A stretch of 61,436 nt of DNA, filler included, from Choristocarpus tenellus KU-1152 (Eukaryota > Protista > Phaeophyceae), in assembly GCA_964200185.2 (NCBI GenBank). It is 12 parts of 12 records of this genome, joined end to end, with 100 filler letters (N's around TTAATTAATTAA, not from the genome) between each part and the next. Parts side by side here need not be neighbours in the genome. Positions count along the whole stretch, not along the records: positions 1 to 2,906 come from CAXNAD020023751.1; positions 3,007 to 15,064 come from CAXNAD020002005.1; 10 more parts are not named here. One strand, written 5' to 3'. The position numbers were made by a program, and so were the translations under genes. The first letter of the stretch is position 1. Each line of letters begins with the position of its first letter. Below the pieces are notes generated by a model. It was not told where the DNA came from. It ran no database searches and saw nothing but the letters and a program-made list of their open reading frames with translations. Positions 1 through 12,240 of this stretch are shown in pieces.

Positions 1-78
1 GGGGGTGGGGGGGGGGGGGGGGGGTAGTTGACAAGGAGAAATGGTTTCCCATAGTCCGGCAAAGCAAAAATGGCTCAC

Positions 79-2732
79 ATGGTGGCGGCGCTGCTTTCCA
101 TCTGGCAAGGTACTAGTAACAGGAAACATTGAAGTCTTGTCAAGCACTGTACATATCCTGCACCAAACCACACAAAACAAAAAGGACAGCAGGGGGAGGG
201 GAGAAAGACCCTTGATACCCTTCTTGGTTGGTGGCATGTCGAAATATAACCAATGGAAACTTGGGATGTAAAGACCCAGAGGGCAGAGAATTGGGGGACA
301 AATCACCATGCAAACCTTCTGGGTGTGCTCTTGCTGCTTTCTCCTTCCCACCCCCTTGATGTCAGAAATGAGCACGACTTCCTCCCATCTATGCACCCAT
401 CCAAAACCATACAGAGGTTAATGAAGTAAAATAATTGGGGGGCGAGGAGATCCAGAGGGAATTGTTTTGAGCAGGACCAGTGCTTAACTCTAGGCTATAC
501 TCTGAACTAATTCAACGCTGGAGAGTTGAAGCATTTTGACCTCTTGATCTGGAAGCCTAAAATAGCCACTACAGAAACAAAAACAAAACACTACACCTCA
601 AACCTTCCTGGCTCCTTGAAAAGTCAATCGATACTAGAAAATGACAAAATCATTTGCCATACTGAGGGAAAATTTCATCACAACCCAGGGACAATTGACA
701 ACAATTCTTCTTAAACGAGGAAGGCAAGAACTGATAGGTGCTGACAAACAAAATGTTGGAGAACAAAACATGAATTGACGGGCCAGGATTATGCCCACAT
801 CCCAAGTCACCCTGGGGTGGGCTATGGTGCAGTGTACACATGCAAATATATGGCAGTAGAGAGTGAAGCAGAGAGTGCGGGAGAGATGGAGGGTGTGGTG
901 GTTGGCAGTGGACAGGGGGATAGGGGGGTCGTACCTGTAATTTGGATTGGTGAGGAATCCGAGTTCCGTTAGCTTCAACTCCAACCACCTCCAAGAGGTC
1001 TGACTCCACACACAGATGTCGTAGTGGGCGTACACAGTCGTTAAGAAGAAGTCCATGTGGGGCCGTTTCATCCTCTCTATCCCTCTCGTATCCTGGTGTT
1101 TAGAAGCATCAGAGGAGGACGGGTGGGGGGAGGGGGGGAAAGTATGCAATTTTATCAATGATCATCAAAAATAGTACATCTGGACCACTACAGGAAAAAC
1201 ACCCTAAACAGCACAAATAACAGAATACACTATTAAGTAGTAAACAACAATGAAGTATGGTACAAAGGACTACACACAGTTTCTGTAGGACTACATTAGC
1301 ACTACTGGAGGACTGTTGATTCTTTTCTCCAATAGGAAGACTCGGATTTATTCATTTTTACTGAAAGCATCAGGCATCAGTAACATGCATTTATATGTCT
1401 CCCTAGCTTGATTGACAACACTCTTGCGCTCCTAGTTGTACCTTAAGTTGTACCATATACAGCGATGAACACTCCACGAACACGTTCATCAGTCTGTACT
1501 GCTGACCTTCATTCCAGTAGGGGAGAACTCATGACTCTTTAAAAGGTAACTCTCTCGGGCAACACACTTACCTGCGGTAGTATAAATGCATTCTAAAAAA
1601 AATAGTGTGTCCGTTTGCATCAATCCACGCATTCAAACAAGAAAAAAAAGGGGGTCCCGAGTGTGAGAGCAGGTAGAGATTGTCAACAGGGGTTTTACTG
1701 TGAGGGATTTCCTATTGCTACAAAAAAGGTAAGAAACACACTCTTCATGTGTGTACATGCATTAACATCATGTGTGGCCTATAAAAAGAAATAGGACTGC
1801 AACACCAAGCACAGTCAATGAATCAACTCACCCCAAAGGGTGTCTGTCTCGCCGTACTGGCGCTGAAGTCTAAGAGAGTGTGGTCTAAATCTAGTACCAG
1901 GAGGGACTTGCCATCCCTTGGGGGGTTGATGAAGTGCATCTGAAGCACACAACAACAGAACAGGGGGTGGGGGGTGGGTGGGGAGGATGTGTGAATAGTT
2001 CACTGTTTTTCTTAATGTTAAAGAGCACACTCTTTTTAATTAACTACTTTCTCAGTGTCACCGGTCAGATATACAACCTAGAACAGAAACTGACACCAAA
2101 TGATTGATTGGGAGTGCAACAAATGAATATTGTCTTTTGTGTACAACATATTCTAATCAACACACTTGGCTATTCCCTGTATGGGACACAAGTCAAGTGC
2201 ATCTTCACGAGGACAGGTTGTTGTGAAGAGTGTGTCCACATCTCCCCAGAGACAACAGGGTGTGCGTATCGTTAAGAGGTATCACACATGCAATTGGTCC
2301 TGCCATGTATAATATCTCGACAAAATCACTCCTCATCTATATCATTAACTACTGTACCCTCAATTTACCTCCCCTGACAATCCAAAACACAAGAAAAAAT
2401 ATTGAATGAACTTGAAGTAGTGTATGTGTATGTGACAGAGAGCAACAAGTAACAGCAAGTCAGCCAGCCAGCCAGCTGGCAGCAGAGGTACCTATCCCCG
2501 TTAAACATCAAAGGAAATTCCTACTCCCATCGCAAGTATTTAGTGTATAATATTCTACCCTAAATTTTACCACTTCCAAGTGCTACACACTCCTGAGCGC
2601 AATGGGGTTTCGAGAACGGTATCTTAATTCTCCTCCTTACCTTTGTCCTCTCCGTGATCTTCCTCAGGTTTTCAGAGTTCTCGTTGGCGTTTATCCACTC
2701 CTGGCTGAACTCCGACACGTCCAGGTCAAAGT
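79..2732 (-). CDS. UBLCP1: Ubiquitin-like domain-containing CTD phosphatase 1 (proteasome-associated HAD phosphatase), internal exons only
   Basis: Four phase-compatible GT-AG exons (2732-2641, 1939-1832, 1092-935, 157-79). They translate to DFDLDVSEFSQEW...|MHFINPPRDGKSLLVLDLDHTLLDF...|...MKRPHMDFFLTTVYAHYDICVWSQTSWRWLELKLTELGFLTNPNYR|ICTVLDKTSMF. The DxDxT HAD motif and the MKRP..FL..Y..YDI.VWS..W...KL.ELG pattern are typical of UBLCP1. Confidence 0.9.
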
Positions 2733-2906
2733 CTGTGTCCGGGTGCATGGGGAAGCAAGCACACATCGAACTTAAGCATACACCGCTATTGATACCACTC
2801 ACAAATTGCACAAATTGCACATATGACCTCTGCACCATAGCAACAGACCCATACCGACACAAGCCCAAACCTTCTCAACATTCTCCTTCCCCCCCCCCCT
2901 CTTCTC

Positions 2907-3006
2907 NNNNNNNNNNNNNNNNNNNNNNNNNNNNNNNNNNNNNNNNNNNNTTAATTAATTAANNNNNNNNNNNNNNNNNNNNNNNNNNNNNNNNNNNNNN
3001 NNNNNN
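2907..3006. other. Artificial contig linker (44N + TTAATTAATTAA + 44N; stops in all six frames)
   Basis: Identical 100-bp linkers at 2907-3006, 15065-15164, 19621-19720, 23195-23294, 29622-29721, 35420-35519, 38600-38699, 42280-42379, 46713-46812, 51137-51236 and 55540-55639. Separate ~10-N gaps at about 49382, 50313 and 56156. Confidence 0.98.
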
Positions 3007-3479
3007 TTCTCCTCTGCCCCCCCCAATCACATAACCGTTTTTCCACGCACTGCGGCACGTCAACTCCCCCCCCCCCCCCCCCCTGGCTCTCAACGACCTG
3101 TTCATGGATCAACTTGTCCCGTACAACACCTGTACGTGAACAAGTTCACCCATCAATCTCACCTCATAATTTCTACACCTCCTGGGACCACCCCATAAGT
3201 GGTTTGTGCTGAACCTATGTCACCGCCTTCGTTAGTGGCAGCAGATACAGTGTACGATACATGGATGCACCTACTAGAATTTGTACAATCTAGTACATCT
3301 AAACTGAGAGTCAAATCCAAGAGATAATAGATAAGTACCTTGGCATATTCCTTTTGAGAAATTTGGACCGAATGATACTGATACCAAGAGCCATCTCTGT
3401 GAGGTACTTCTCTAGTGTCTCTTGGATCTGAGACTTGATCTTGAAGTAGGTTGTATGAATTCTGTTAGATGGGTCCTAC

Positions 3480-5350
3480 CCCTTCAATTCCTGCACTCTG
3501 ACAACAGTGGAGAATACTCTGGCAAGGAAATCACCCAGTTCTGCACTACGCATGGCATTCAAACTCCCCTCCCCTCTATTCAGCCCTTAATCCTTGCACC
3601 TGTCGACCACTCATCCACCTCTCCGAACGATTTGTCACCTCCAACCACTCTCAGCAGCAAACTTGCCTACCTTTGTCCTGACACAACCTGGGGATATTAG
3701 GGGAGGCGTCCTCTGCCACTGCCTCCCTCTTCACTTACACTCAAGCTGCCTTTGTCAATGATGTTTTAACTCATCAAAGTGCAGCTGCCCATTTTTCCTG
3801 ACTGGCCCACCTTCTGTGCATGAGTCATGCAACATAAGGAGCGGAAGGAGGTGATCAAGTGTGAGTATGAGTCACTCGAGCACAATGCCACCTGGTTAGT
3901 CTTGGATCTGGCTACCATCCTTCGCGCAGCTAACATCTCCATGGGCTGGATACTCTAGATGAAACACAACAGCTTGGCACCATGATACGCAGAAGCTCAC
4001 CATCTAGTGGGAAGGGGATATACCCTGCAACTTGACATTAACGTCCATGGCATTTGCGCACCTATGGCATGTCTAGGACCTGTTTACCTTGGCTGCCTCC
4101 AATGATTGTCCTATTTTACAAGTGGATGCCAAATTATCCTTCCTCCGAAGCTCTCTCACCGTCTATGCCAAGCCTGCACCTGGCTTTCCCCAATGGAGTT
4201 TGACTGGCAAGCCGCATGTCCACCGATTGAGCTAAGGCTCTGTTTGATCTCTTCCGAGCTCCTCGAGCATGCCACCGGGTGTTGCACTCAATCCTTTCCT
4301 CCCTCAGGCTCACTCCTCCCAGTGCCGTCGATTCGTGTCCATACACCACCGGGAAAGCTAAGGCGATTCTGTGTTGTATACATGAGTGACCTAGGACTTA
4401 CTGTAAGCAAGAACTCCCTGATTCAACGCACCAAGGAAACACATGTGTGGATCATTTCAAGATGGAGGATCTTGGCGTTGTGGACTGGATTCTGGGTAAC
4501 CAATTACTTCACTACCCTACTTGTCATGAGATTCAGCTCAACTACCATCTTTCCATCGGCACCATCTTGAAGAAATTTGGTTGGTGTGAGTGAGTGTTGA
4601 TAAATCTTGCACTACTCCTCCTGTGGTGGGTGGTGAACCACAACACAAGCCCGTCCAGGTTCTCTTTTGTCCACCTCTGATGTGTGGCACTGGTGAACCT
4701 GAGCTGTACCTGTGTATCTGCACCAGGCTGGACACCTCGCCTGTTGTCGTGCAACTCACTCAATTCATGGCTGTTCCGTCCACTACACACCTAAGCTACT
4801 GCAGTGCAGGTGGTGAGGTATGTTTGTGGTGCCTCATCCTACCCCATCTGTTATGGTGCTAAACCGAAAGCAACTACACTCCCACAAGGCTACACTGATG
4901 CCTGCTATGCCTTGGACCCAGACACCTTTAGATATACCTCTGGCTGCATCTCCATGCCCAAGAAAGGACCAGCGACCTGGAGAGCCGAGGAACAGCCTAC
5001 TGCTGCCCTTTCCAGCGCCAAGGGTGAGAGTCTCGCCCTCAGCTACGCTGCCTAAGAATCTCATCACCTACGAAGTCTACTCACCTCCAATGTATTTGCT
5101 TCAAAGACCCCCGACAATCTTCAACAATGATCGGTGTATGATCCACTGTGCCAGCAACGTAGCATACAGTCCATGCCTAAGCATGTTGGTGTACACCTAA
5201 TATTGCTGCAAGAACAGTGACCACCAGGATCATCCGGGTGCAGCATATATCAGTGCACGGGATCAACTTTGAGATGGTCTCACCAAGAACCCCCTGCGTG
5301 GATGTTTTGAAGACCTGCGGAGGCAGATCCTTGGGTAACCTGACCCAACA
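3480..5350 (+). mobile_element. Degenerate Ty1/copia LTR retrotransposon pol remnant (integrase, RT, RNase H)
   Basis: LHSDNSGEYSGKEITQFCTTHGIQ is integrase-core-like (~3490) and VVYMSDL stands for VYVDD (~4375). GYTDACYALDPDTFRYTSG...W...Q.TAALSSAKGESLAL is copia RNase H (~4890-5040). The INT-RT-RH order fits copia. Many stops and frameshifts. Confidence 0.85.
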
Positions 5351-7004
5351 CCCCAAAGGTCTATACCTTTTGACTTGCAAGTCATCTACATGGACTACTT
5401 GTGGAGTGCATTTCCGATTATGTATTTTTATTTCTTGTCTTCTGCCTCAGTCAATGTGATTGTGTGATCTCTGCATAACCATTGTTTGTTGGTTGTAGTT
5501 TGGGGATCATTTCCCCACTCCCTGTAGTTTATCCAAGAACCTGTGCATTTACCTGTTCTACCTGCCCCTGCATTGGAACATTTTTTGCCTATTTTGTCTC
5601 TTTCAACTACTTCACATTTTTCTTGTTTTCTCCTCACACCCCTTGGTTTCGTCTCTTCAAGTTGATGGCGTTCTACATCTTTTTTTTGTGATCCCCCATC
5701 TAGGGTTCCGATCACTGCATTCCAACTGGTGTGATGTTCAACATGTATTCCAGTTTCAGTCTACAACGGGTGCTTTAGTTTGCCCAGTACATCAATCGGG
5801 GGAGGGTGTTGAAACACAGGTCATCCTCCTGTATACCTGTTCATCGAATCAAATGAATGATGACTGCCCAACAATCATAACTGTCTGAACTACACCATAT
5901 GTAAGACAGATGAGGAGCCTTGATTGGACAAGAACATTAATGTAGAAGAGTGTATGTTCCCCCCCATCAAACCAGGTTTGGCTGCAACAGACACTGACTC
6001 GGGCCTCCATTTTTATCTCCTATTCCCCTCTAGTTTTTGTTGGTTTTTGAGAAGCACAGGAGGGGTGGGTCCATAGTAAGACATCACAGGTAGTGGCATG
6101 TCTCCAACCTCCCTGTTTGAATGAGGACATGAGCTTTACACGGTTCAGGGTCAGAGCCAATGTGTGCATGGTGGCACACTCATTCCCATCCATGTTGATC
6201 GTTCCTGTTCATTTACTTTTGGTGGGGTTACAGCCTTCCCATCTCCGCAGCCTCTATAGCCTGACCTTCAGGGGTTACAGCGTATGCACATTTTGACCCT
6301 AGCTCAGCAGAAGACCTGGTCCAAACCCTGCTATATCGACCCTGTTGAAGCTGTTGGTGGCTGGAATTTTTGCTTTATTGGTTTCTAAAGGTGTGATCTG
6401 GGCGCATTGGGTCTGTTGCAGTGCCTCCATTCCAAATTTCCGGGATATCCCCCTTCAAGGATGTGTTCAACGTGTTGTTTCAATATTTCATACAAAATCA
6501 TGGTGGCTTAGTGCTGATCCGCCCACAGGTCACCCCCCATGACATCTGCCATCTCACTCTTGTATTCACGTTATCTGTAACCTAGATAATGCACAGTCAC
6601 AGAGTCACATACACCAAATTGTTTTCCGTCCTTCCCCGAGGATCAAGCCTCTACACAGAGCATTGCCATTCCTCCTTCCTCAAGGAACAAGACTCTTCTC
6701 AGGGCATGATAAGCACCATCACATTGTGGTTACCAGACCAGCGCAGTATCCATAAAGGGACCACTGGGTCACAACGATCTCTCACGTTCCATTTAATGAC
6801 AATCAGCGTTGCTGCACTGATAGAACTGATGCGACAATGGGGAGAAGTGACAGATTTAGAAGGTACCCTTTGCCTCTTAACTACAGTTTGCTCTTTATGT
6901 TTCACCTGATGTTCCACTTACGCCCGCTATACTCCTCATAAACGCCACCATTTGCTCATCTCCACTCACCCGCTTCTGCCCCCCTCCCCCCTTTTTTTCC
7001 TCAG

Positions 7005-8374
7005 GTGATTGCAGAGCCAGGTCGATACTTTGTGGAGGCAAGCCATGTGCTGTTTACACGTATATATGCAAAGCGGAAGGTAGCTGTCAAATGTGAGAAC
7101 ACCTGTCCTTTTTCTTGCTCCGGCACATCTCGTTTTAACCTTCCTTTTCCACTTCACTGTGTATATCCAGGGGGTCATTTGCCAGTGACCTGTTGTTGTG
7201 TGTAATGGGTCGTACAATATCCTTGTAGATCTGAAAGTTTCCAGTGCATAGGGGTGCTGGAATGCCTGCCTAACTAGGAAAGATGTATTCAGAGGGCAAC
7301 AGCGTGAGTTGAGGGTAAGGAATTGGATGAGGATATGTGACATTATTTAGTGAGTGTCAGGTAAGGCTCATACCATACATCTAGACCGATACAGATATTG
7401 AAATGGGGCTTAGGTCAATAGGACAGAGCAAGACCCTTAGTAGGGCTGAAGCACTCAATGAACGTTTTGCCTTCACCTGGTTACATTAACATGTGCCACG
7501 ACTGTGGCATAGTCTCACACATCACACTACTACGGAACATACAACTGAACATAGCACAAGCATGCTATGGTAGAATTAATCCAGTGCACAATAGCAGCAT
7601 GTAATGCTTCAATGTGCCATTGTTGGTGCTTCAATGTAATATTTTGCAAGCCATAGTGCATTCCGTTTGCTATGCACAAAGTTATGCCGCACTTGCAGAG
7701 GTACAATGAAATGCTCCCCTCACCTCCTCACAACCGTGCTTCCTTTATCCTACTTTTTGTAGAGGGCATCGCTACGATTTGGAAACGAATTCTTGCCTCA
7801 ATGGGTGCATTGCGTTTTGTTTGCAGTGGCATGGAAATCAACCAGAAACGTTGGCGATGTACTTAAGGACAATCTGGGAATGCTCGATGAACAGCCTGCT
7901 GAACTCAGGAGACGCACTGCCTACTACATCAATGAGGGTGTTCATGGCTGCTTTAAAGACAGCATTCTTTGTGGAGTGCAGTTTGAGCCGTGCTCCTTGA
8001 AATTGGGCTCATCGTTGGGAAATTTAGAGCCGATGGGATTGACAGAGGGTAGAGGAGTTGGCAACTCAACCCAAGGGGAGAGGGAGGAGGGGTTGGTTTG
8101 CCGGGATTCATCTCTGGAAGAGGAAGAGTGTCTGGTTATGGGACCATCAGGTCGGTCAGAAGATATAGTGGCCTCTGGGAAGATGCTGCCGCCACTGGAG
8201 TGTGGGGACTGGTTATACTTCACTCGGATGGGGGCCTACACCACGAGTATAGCATCCAAGGCCTTGTCTTCAGCGTCAGATGCACCCTTCTGCTACATTA
8301 GGGGGTCAGCAAGAGGATCAGGAACTGGTGTGGATTCAGGGTATGAAAATTCTTTCGTGAATCAGGCATTATAA
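7005..8374 (+). CDS. Ornithine decarboxylase-like (group IV PLP decarboxylase) C-terminal part; catalytic GPTCD motif altered
   Basis: Exon 7005-7092 (VIAEPGRYFVEASHVLFTRIYAKRK) and exon 7827-8374 (YYINEGVHGCF...GPSGRSED...LPPLECGDWLYFTRMGAYT), joined phase 1 to phase 1. EPGR, YYxNxG and GDWLxFxxMGAYT are ODC-family motifs. Confidence 0.85.
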
Positions 8375-9658
8375 GGGGCAGGGAGGTCGAACAGGGGTTG
8401 CGAGGTAGTGTAGGCAGCACAACGGGACGGGAACTGCTATGGACATGGTCTTCTGCATGTGTGTTTTCTCTTGCTCCTTTTTTTTTTCTCTCTTCCTGTT
8501 ATTCTGTTGATGTGCTGCATTTCGCTTCTCAAAATGAGTGCAGGGGCGTCCAAGTGGCTCAATGGGTAATGGAGCCTGTTCCTCCATGAATTTTGTGGGT
8601 TTTAACCCTATCGACATAAAACTCCTTTTTGTAGAAATCTCTTTTCGATTGTTCGTGGTCCACATGGCAAGCACTACGGATTGTGCACCTGTTCTGTCCT
8701 TTCTGTTGCTATGACACAAGAACATAGGGTCAATAAAGAGAAAGGTGACAAGGCTTCATTGCCAAGTAATGAGAGGTGGGATGGATGAACCCAATGTGCA
8801 AGAACCAACACACGGACAGAGTTGCAGTTACTTGTAGTGTGGTGTTAGTGCCTCTGACCACAGGTTGGGATAGTCCCCAGGGTGAAGTAGACAATGCCAG
8901 TAACAAATAGAAGTGGCATCGGACAATGGAATTTGTGCTGGTGCATGCGGGAACCAATTTCGTGGTACACCTAAGTACTGCCCTTCCTCTTGGCGTATTA
9001 AAATTTGAATTTATTTTCTTCTTTTTACGTATGTGCATTTTGCATCGTTTTATGCAGAGTCTCTGCACTGTCGTCACCTGATCACGCCCCCAAATTCAAG
9101 GAGACTAGGGTTATCACTCTTGTACAGACATGCAGTCAATATTTCAGGGAGGTGGTTCATGTTGGTGTGCTGGACAGAAGGAACTGCAACAAACATTTTC
9201 CCAGGAGGGATGTGAGATGTATAACTTTTCACACTCTCAGCAACTTACAACTACTAGCTGTGATATTGTCAATACTCTGCATTTTGATTAACTGAGTAAG
9301 ATTGGAGACAAGCCCATGGTTAAACTAAGGATTTGAGAGGAGAGGCTGATTGTGCCACCTTGCGACAACCCTCCTCCAGCGCCAGAAGGGAAGAGGGGAG
9401 GGCTGCGCATGTGGAAGGAAGGAGATCTGACTTGCAGTAAGGAGAGGCTTAGTAGGACTGCATACCTTAGAAATTGGTGTGTACAGAATCGAGACCTTTA
9501 TGTGCGTGTACAGGGAAACATGTCGATGGGAAGGATTTGCGCATACACCAAAATATTTCAAAACAAATAACTCATGGTATTACATCATACAGCCATGCTT
9601 GGCCACACCCTCCTTTTCACTCCATGCTGTTGTAACAGATATGTTAGAAAAAGTTATC

Positions 9659-9692
<34 letters not shown>

Positions 9693-10467
9693 AGAGAGTG
9701 ACAACAGGTTCAACTGTCCACAGTTTGACTTCTAGCGATAACTTGATTTATTTGACATTGAGATATTTCTGTGCCTATCACCACCTGCACCTTTTCTTGG
9801 ACTCTTTAGGTGAGTATGGGACTGACGGCGGTCTTAAAGAAGTTCCTTGGTCTGATCCAATGCAAACGATAGATGCACAGGTTTTGGTCATTTTGAATTT
9901 AAGCCTTTTTTTCAATCTTCTGTCATTCACCCATATTTCTACGAAGTGTTAAGTTTAATTTGAGAGTATTGATTTCTTCGAAAATTTTCGGAAAAGTTAA
10001 GAAAAGTTCCAATACTAATTTGTGGACAAAGCCGAATTTTCCACATCTTTGTCAGCATCCTTAAAATGTAACTTTGGGCACCTCTCGTTCAAATTGGCTC
10101 TCTGTCGAAGCTGGCTGATGAATAAAGAGGTAAACAACAGCCTTGTCACTACCTGAGTATTTCGCCCCCTTTCAAAGTGTGGATATCATGCATGTGAGGG
10201 AGGGGGGGGATTTAGAATAACCCTGTGCTTTGCTGGTGTTTTAACCCTGAGTGTGGCAGGCTCATTTAAGCGAGACATAAAACAGCAGATTATCCTACTT
10301 GTTAAACACATACATTCACCCAAGTGCCACGTTCTCTCTCCTTTTGTCCTTGAATGTCGAGAGCTATTCACACCTCAAAGAGGCGAGCTTCGCTCATGTG
10401 TCACAAGCATACGTTTTAGTTGTCACCCATCCAGGAGAGCGGATAAGTACAGAGTACAAGTAATGAT

Positions 10468-10725
10468 GAGCCAAACCATCTTAGAGGGTAGAGCCGCATC
10501 CATTTGGAGGCCCTAATCCAATGTCGCAGTTTTGATGTAATTTTGGCTATCGTGTTTGTTCGGGAGTGTTAATATCCTTGTTCCGGACACACTTTTTCAT
10601 AACTTACACATTATACCTACTCCAAAACGTTTTGGAGTAGGAAAACGTAATAAAAACTCCCATCGGAAGCCAAGCCCTAAACGGACAAAAGGGCAATACT
10701 CGTACCCTCTAAGGTACTTTCACTC
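10468..10725 (+). mobile_element. MITE family A (258 bp, GAG...CTC termini, 4-bp TSD TGAT), Sola2-like
   Basis: TIRs GAGCCAAACCATCTTAGAGGGTA / TACCCTCTAAGGTACTTTCACTC, with TGAT on both flanks. Internal perfect 26-bp palindrome at 10616-10641. Four more copies in the window. Confidence 0.85.
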
Positions 10726-12240
10726 TGATACTCTTCTGAACTGATCTTTTCCAAGACGCTACTACAGTTTTTTTCCCCCTTGCTTCTACTCCAGAATAGC
10801 AATTTCTATCCTTTTGCTCACTGACCTGTTTATCATTCCTTGGTGAGAGAAAATGCAGACTTGTAAATTTGTTGGAATATTGTAGGGAGCACCAGTATCA
10901 GGAACATTGGAGCACTACTAATGGTATTGTTCCTGTACAACTCACAGTGGAAACTCACATCAACTGACGTTGCTATTGTTGTTGATTTATTTTGTGAGTC
11001 AGTATTTTCCCACTGAAGGTGCTGTAGTTGTGGAAATATATGCAATCCTTGCAGCAGCAAGCGCTTGCAACCATGGGTTATCCAAATTAATGACATGCAG
11101 TGAGATCTATGTGTCAATGCTGGAGTAACCACACCACTCACTGCCAACTACTATCTCTGACTACTTGGATATGATGACATTATGTTGTTGCTCAGTGGGG
11201 TCTATACATGTCCCTTGAGCAGAAAATAGAACAGAGCTGGTTCCCCTGGCTACTACAAAAGTAGTTACAGCATTACACAGTACAGCAAATACAACATGTT
11301 TTGCCACCCTCCAAGAATACCACCCCCCCGTAAAAGATCCTCCTCTTCAACAACCTGTTTTATTGGCGGTTCTCGTTGGCCATTGGTTCTGCCATTATTA
11401 CGAAAAGTAGGAGATAAATGGAGCCAGGGTGTGTGGGCCTCTCAGCCAAAAGGGAACCCATTAAAACACCTGGAAGATTGACTCCACTTCTGTATGGGCC
11501 CAAGGGTTGTGGGTCTCTCCCTGATAGGTTCTTGGGAAAAGCACCCTCACAGCCTCAAGGATCTGTCGAGGAGGGGAATTAAGATCGCAACCTCACTCAG
11601 TGGAAGGTATTGACGACTGTTGATCCTACTGCCCTCCCTGCTCATCATTATCAATTGGCTGGGGATCTTTGATTTCATTTTCCTAACCAGGCAGCTGGTG
11701 TATCAGAGAGGAACACAAGCCCATGGACACATCACGTCAATCACATCATCTAAAACTAATTCTGACCCATGTAAAATGGCAAACTTTCCATACCTGAAGT
11801 TCCTTCAGCCTGTACCTCTCCCTAATAAGCTACTATTTTTATTATGAGTTACTATCATTGCGACACATCGTGTAACGCATGCACACGCAGAGAGAAAATG
11901 AGTTGGCACGACTTGAGCTCTGATAATTATCGAGAAAAATGAAGGGGTATGTGCAACAGTGATGGTACCTACTTGTAGAAGTACCATACTATGTGAATAG
12001 TTCGATATGACTCCCAGTAGTTGATGCTAGCAACAGCAAAAGTGAGGTCAAGTATTCTGGAGAACTTGTGATGGTGCTGTCTGAGAAAACTCTATGAGGC
12101 AAGAAGATACTACAGATATATATTGTCGTCATAGATATTGTCGTCATTGAACGCTGACATGGTACAGGTAATCCCCTTGCCATGTGCAGTCAGTGCTCAT
12201 AGCATCCAATACCACACACAGCTAAACTCTAAGATCACTT

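Noticed and set aside
2951-2962. Recurrent palindrome TTAATTAATTAA as a biological repeat or CRISPR-like element
   Set aside because: Always centred in 44N+44N; an artificial all-frame stop linker.
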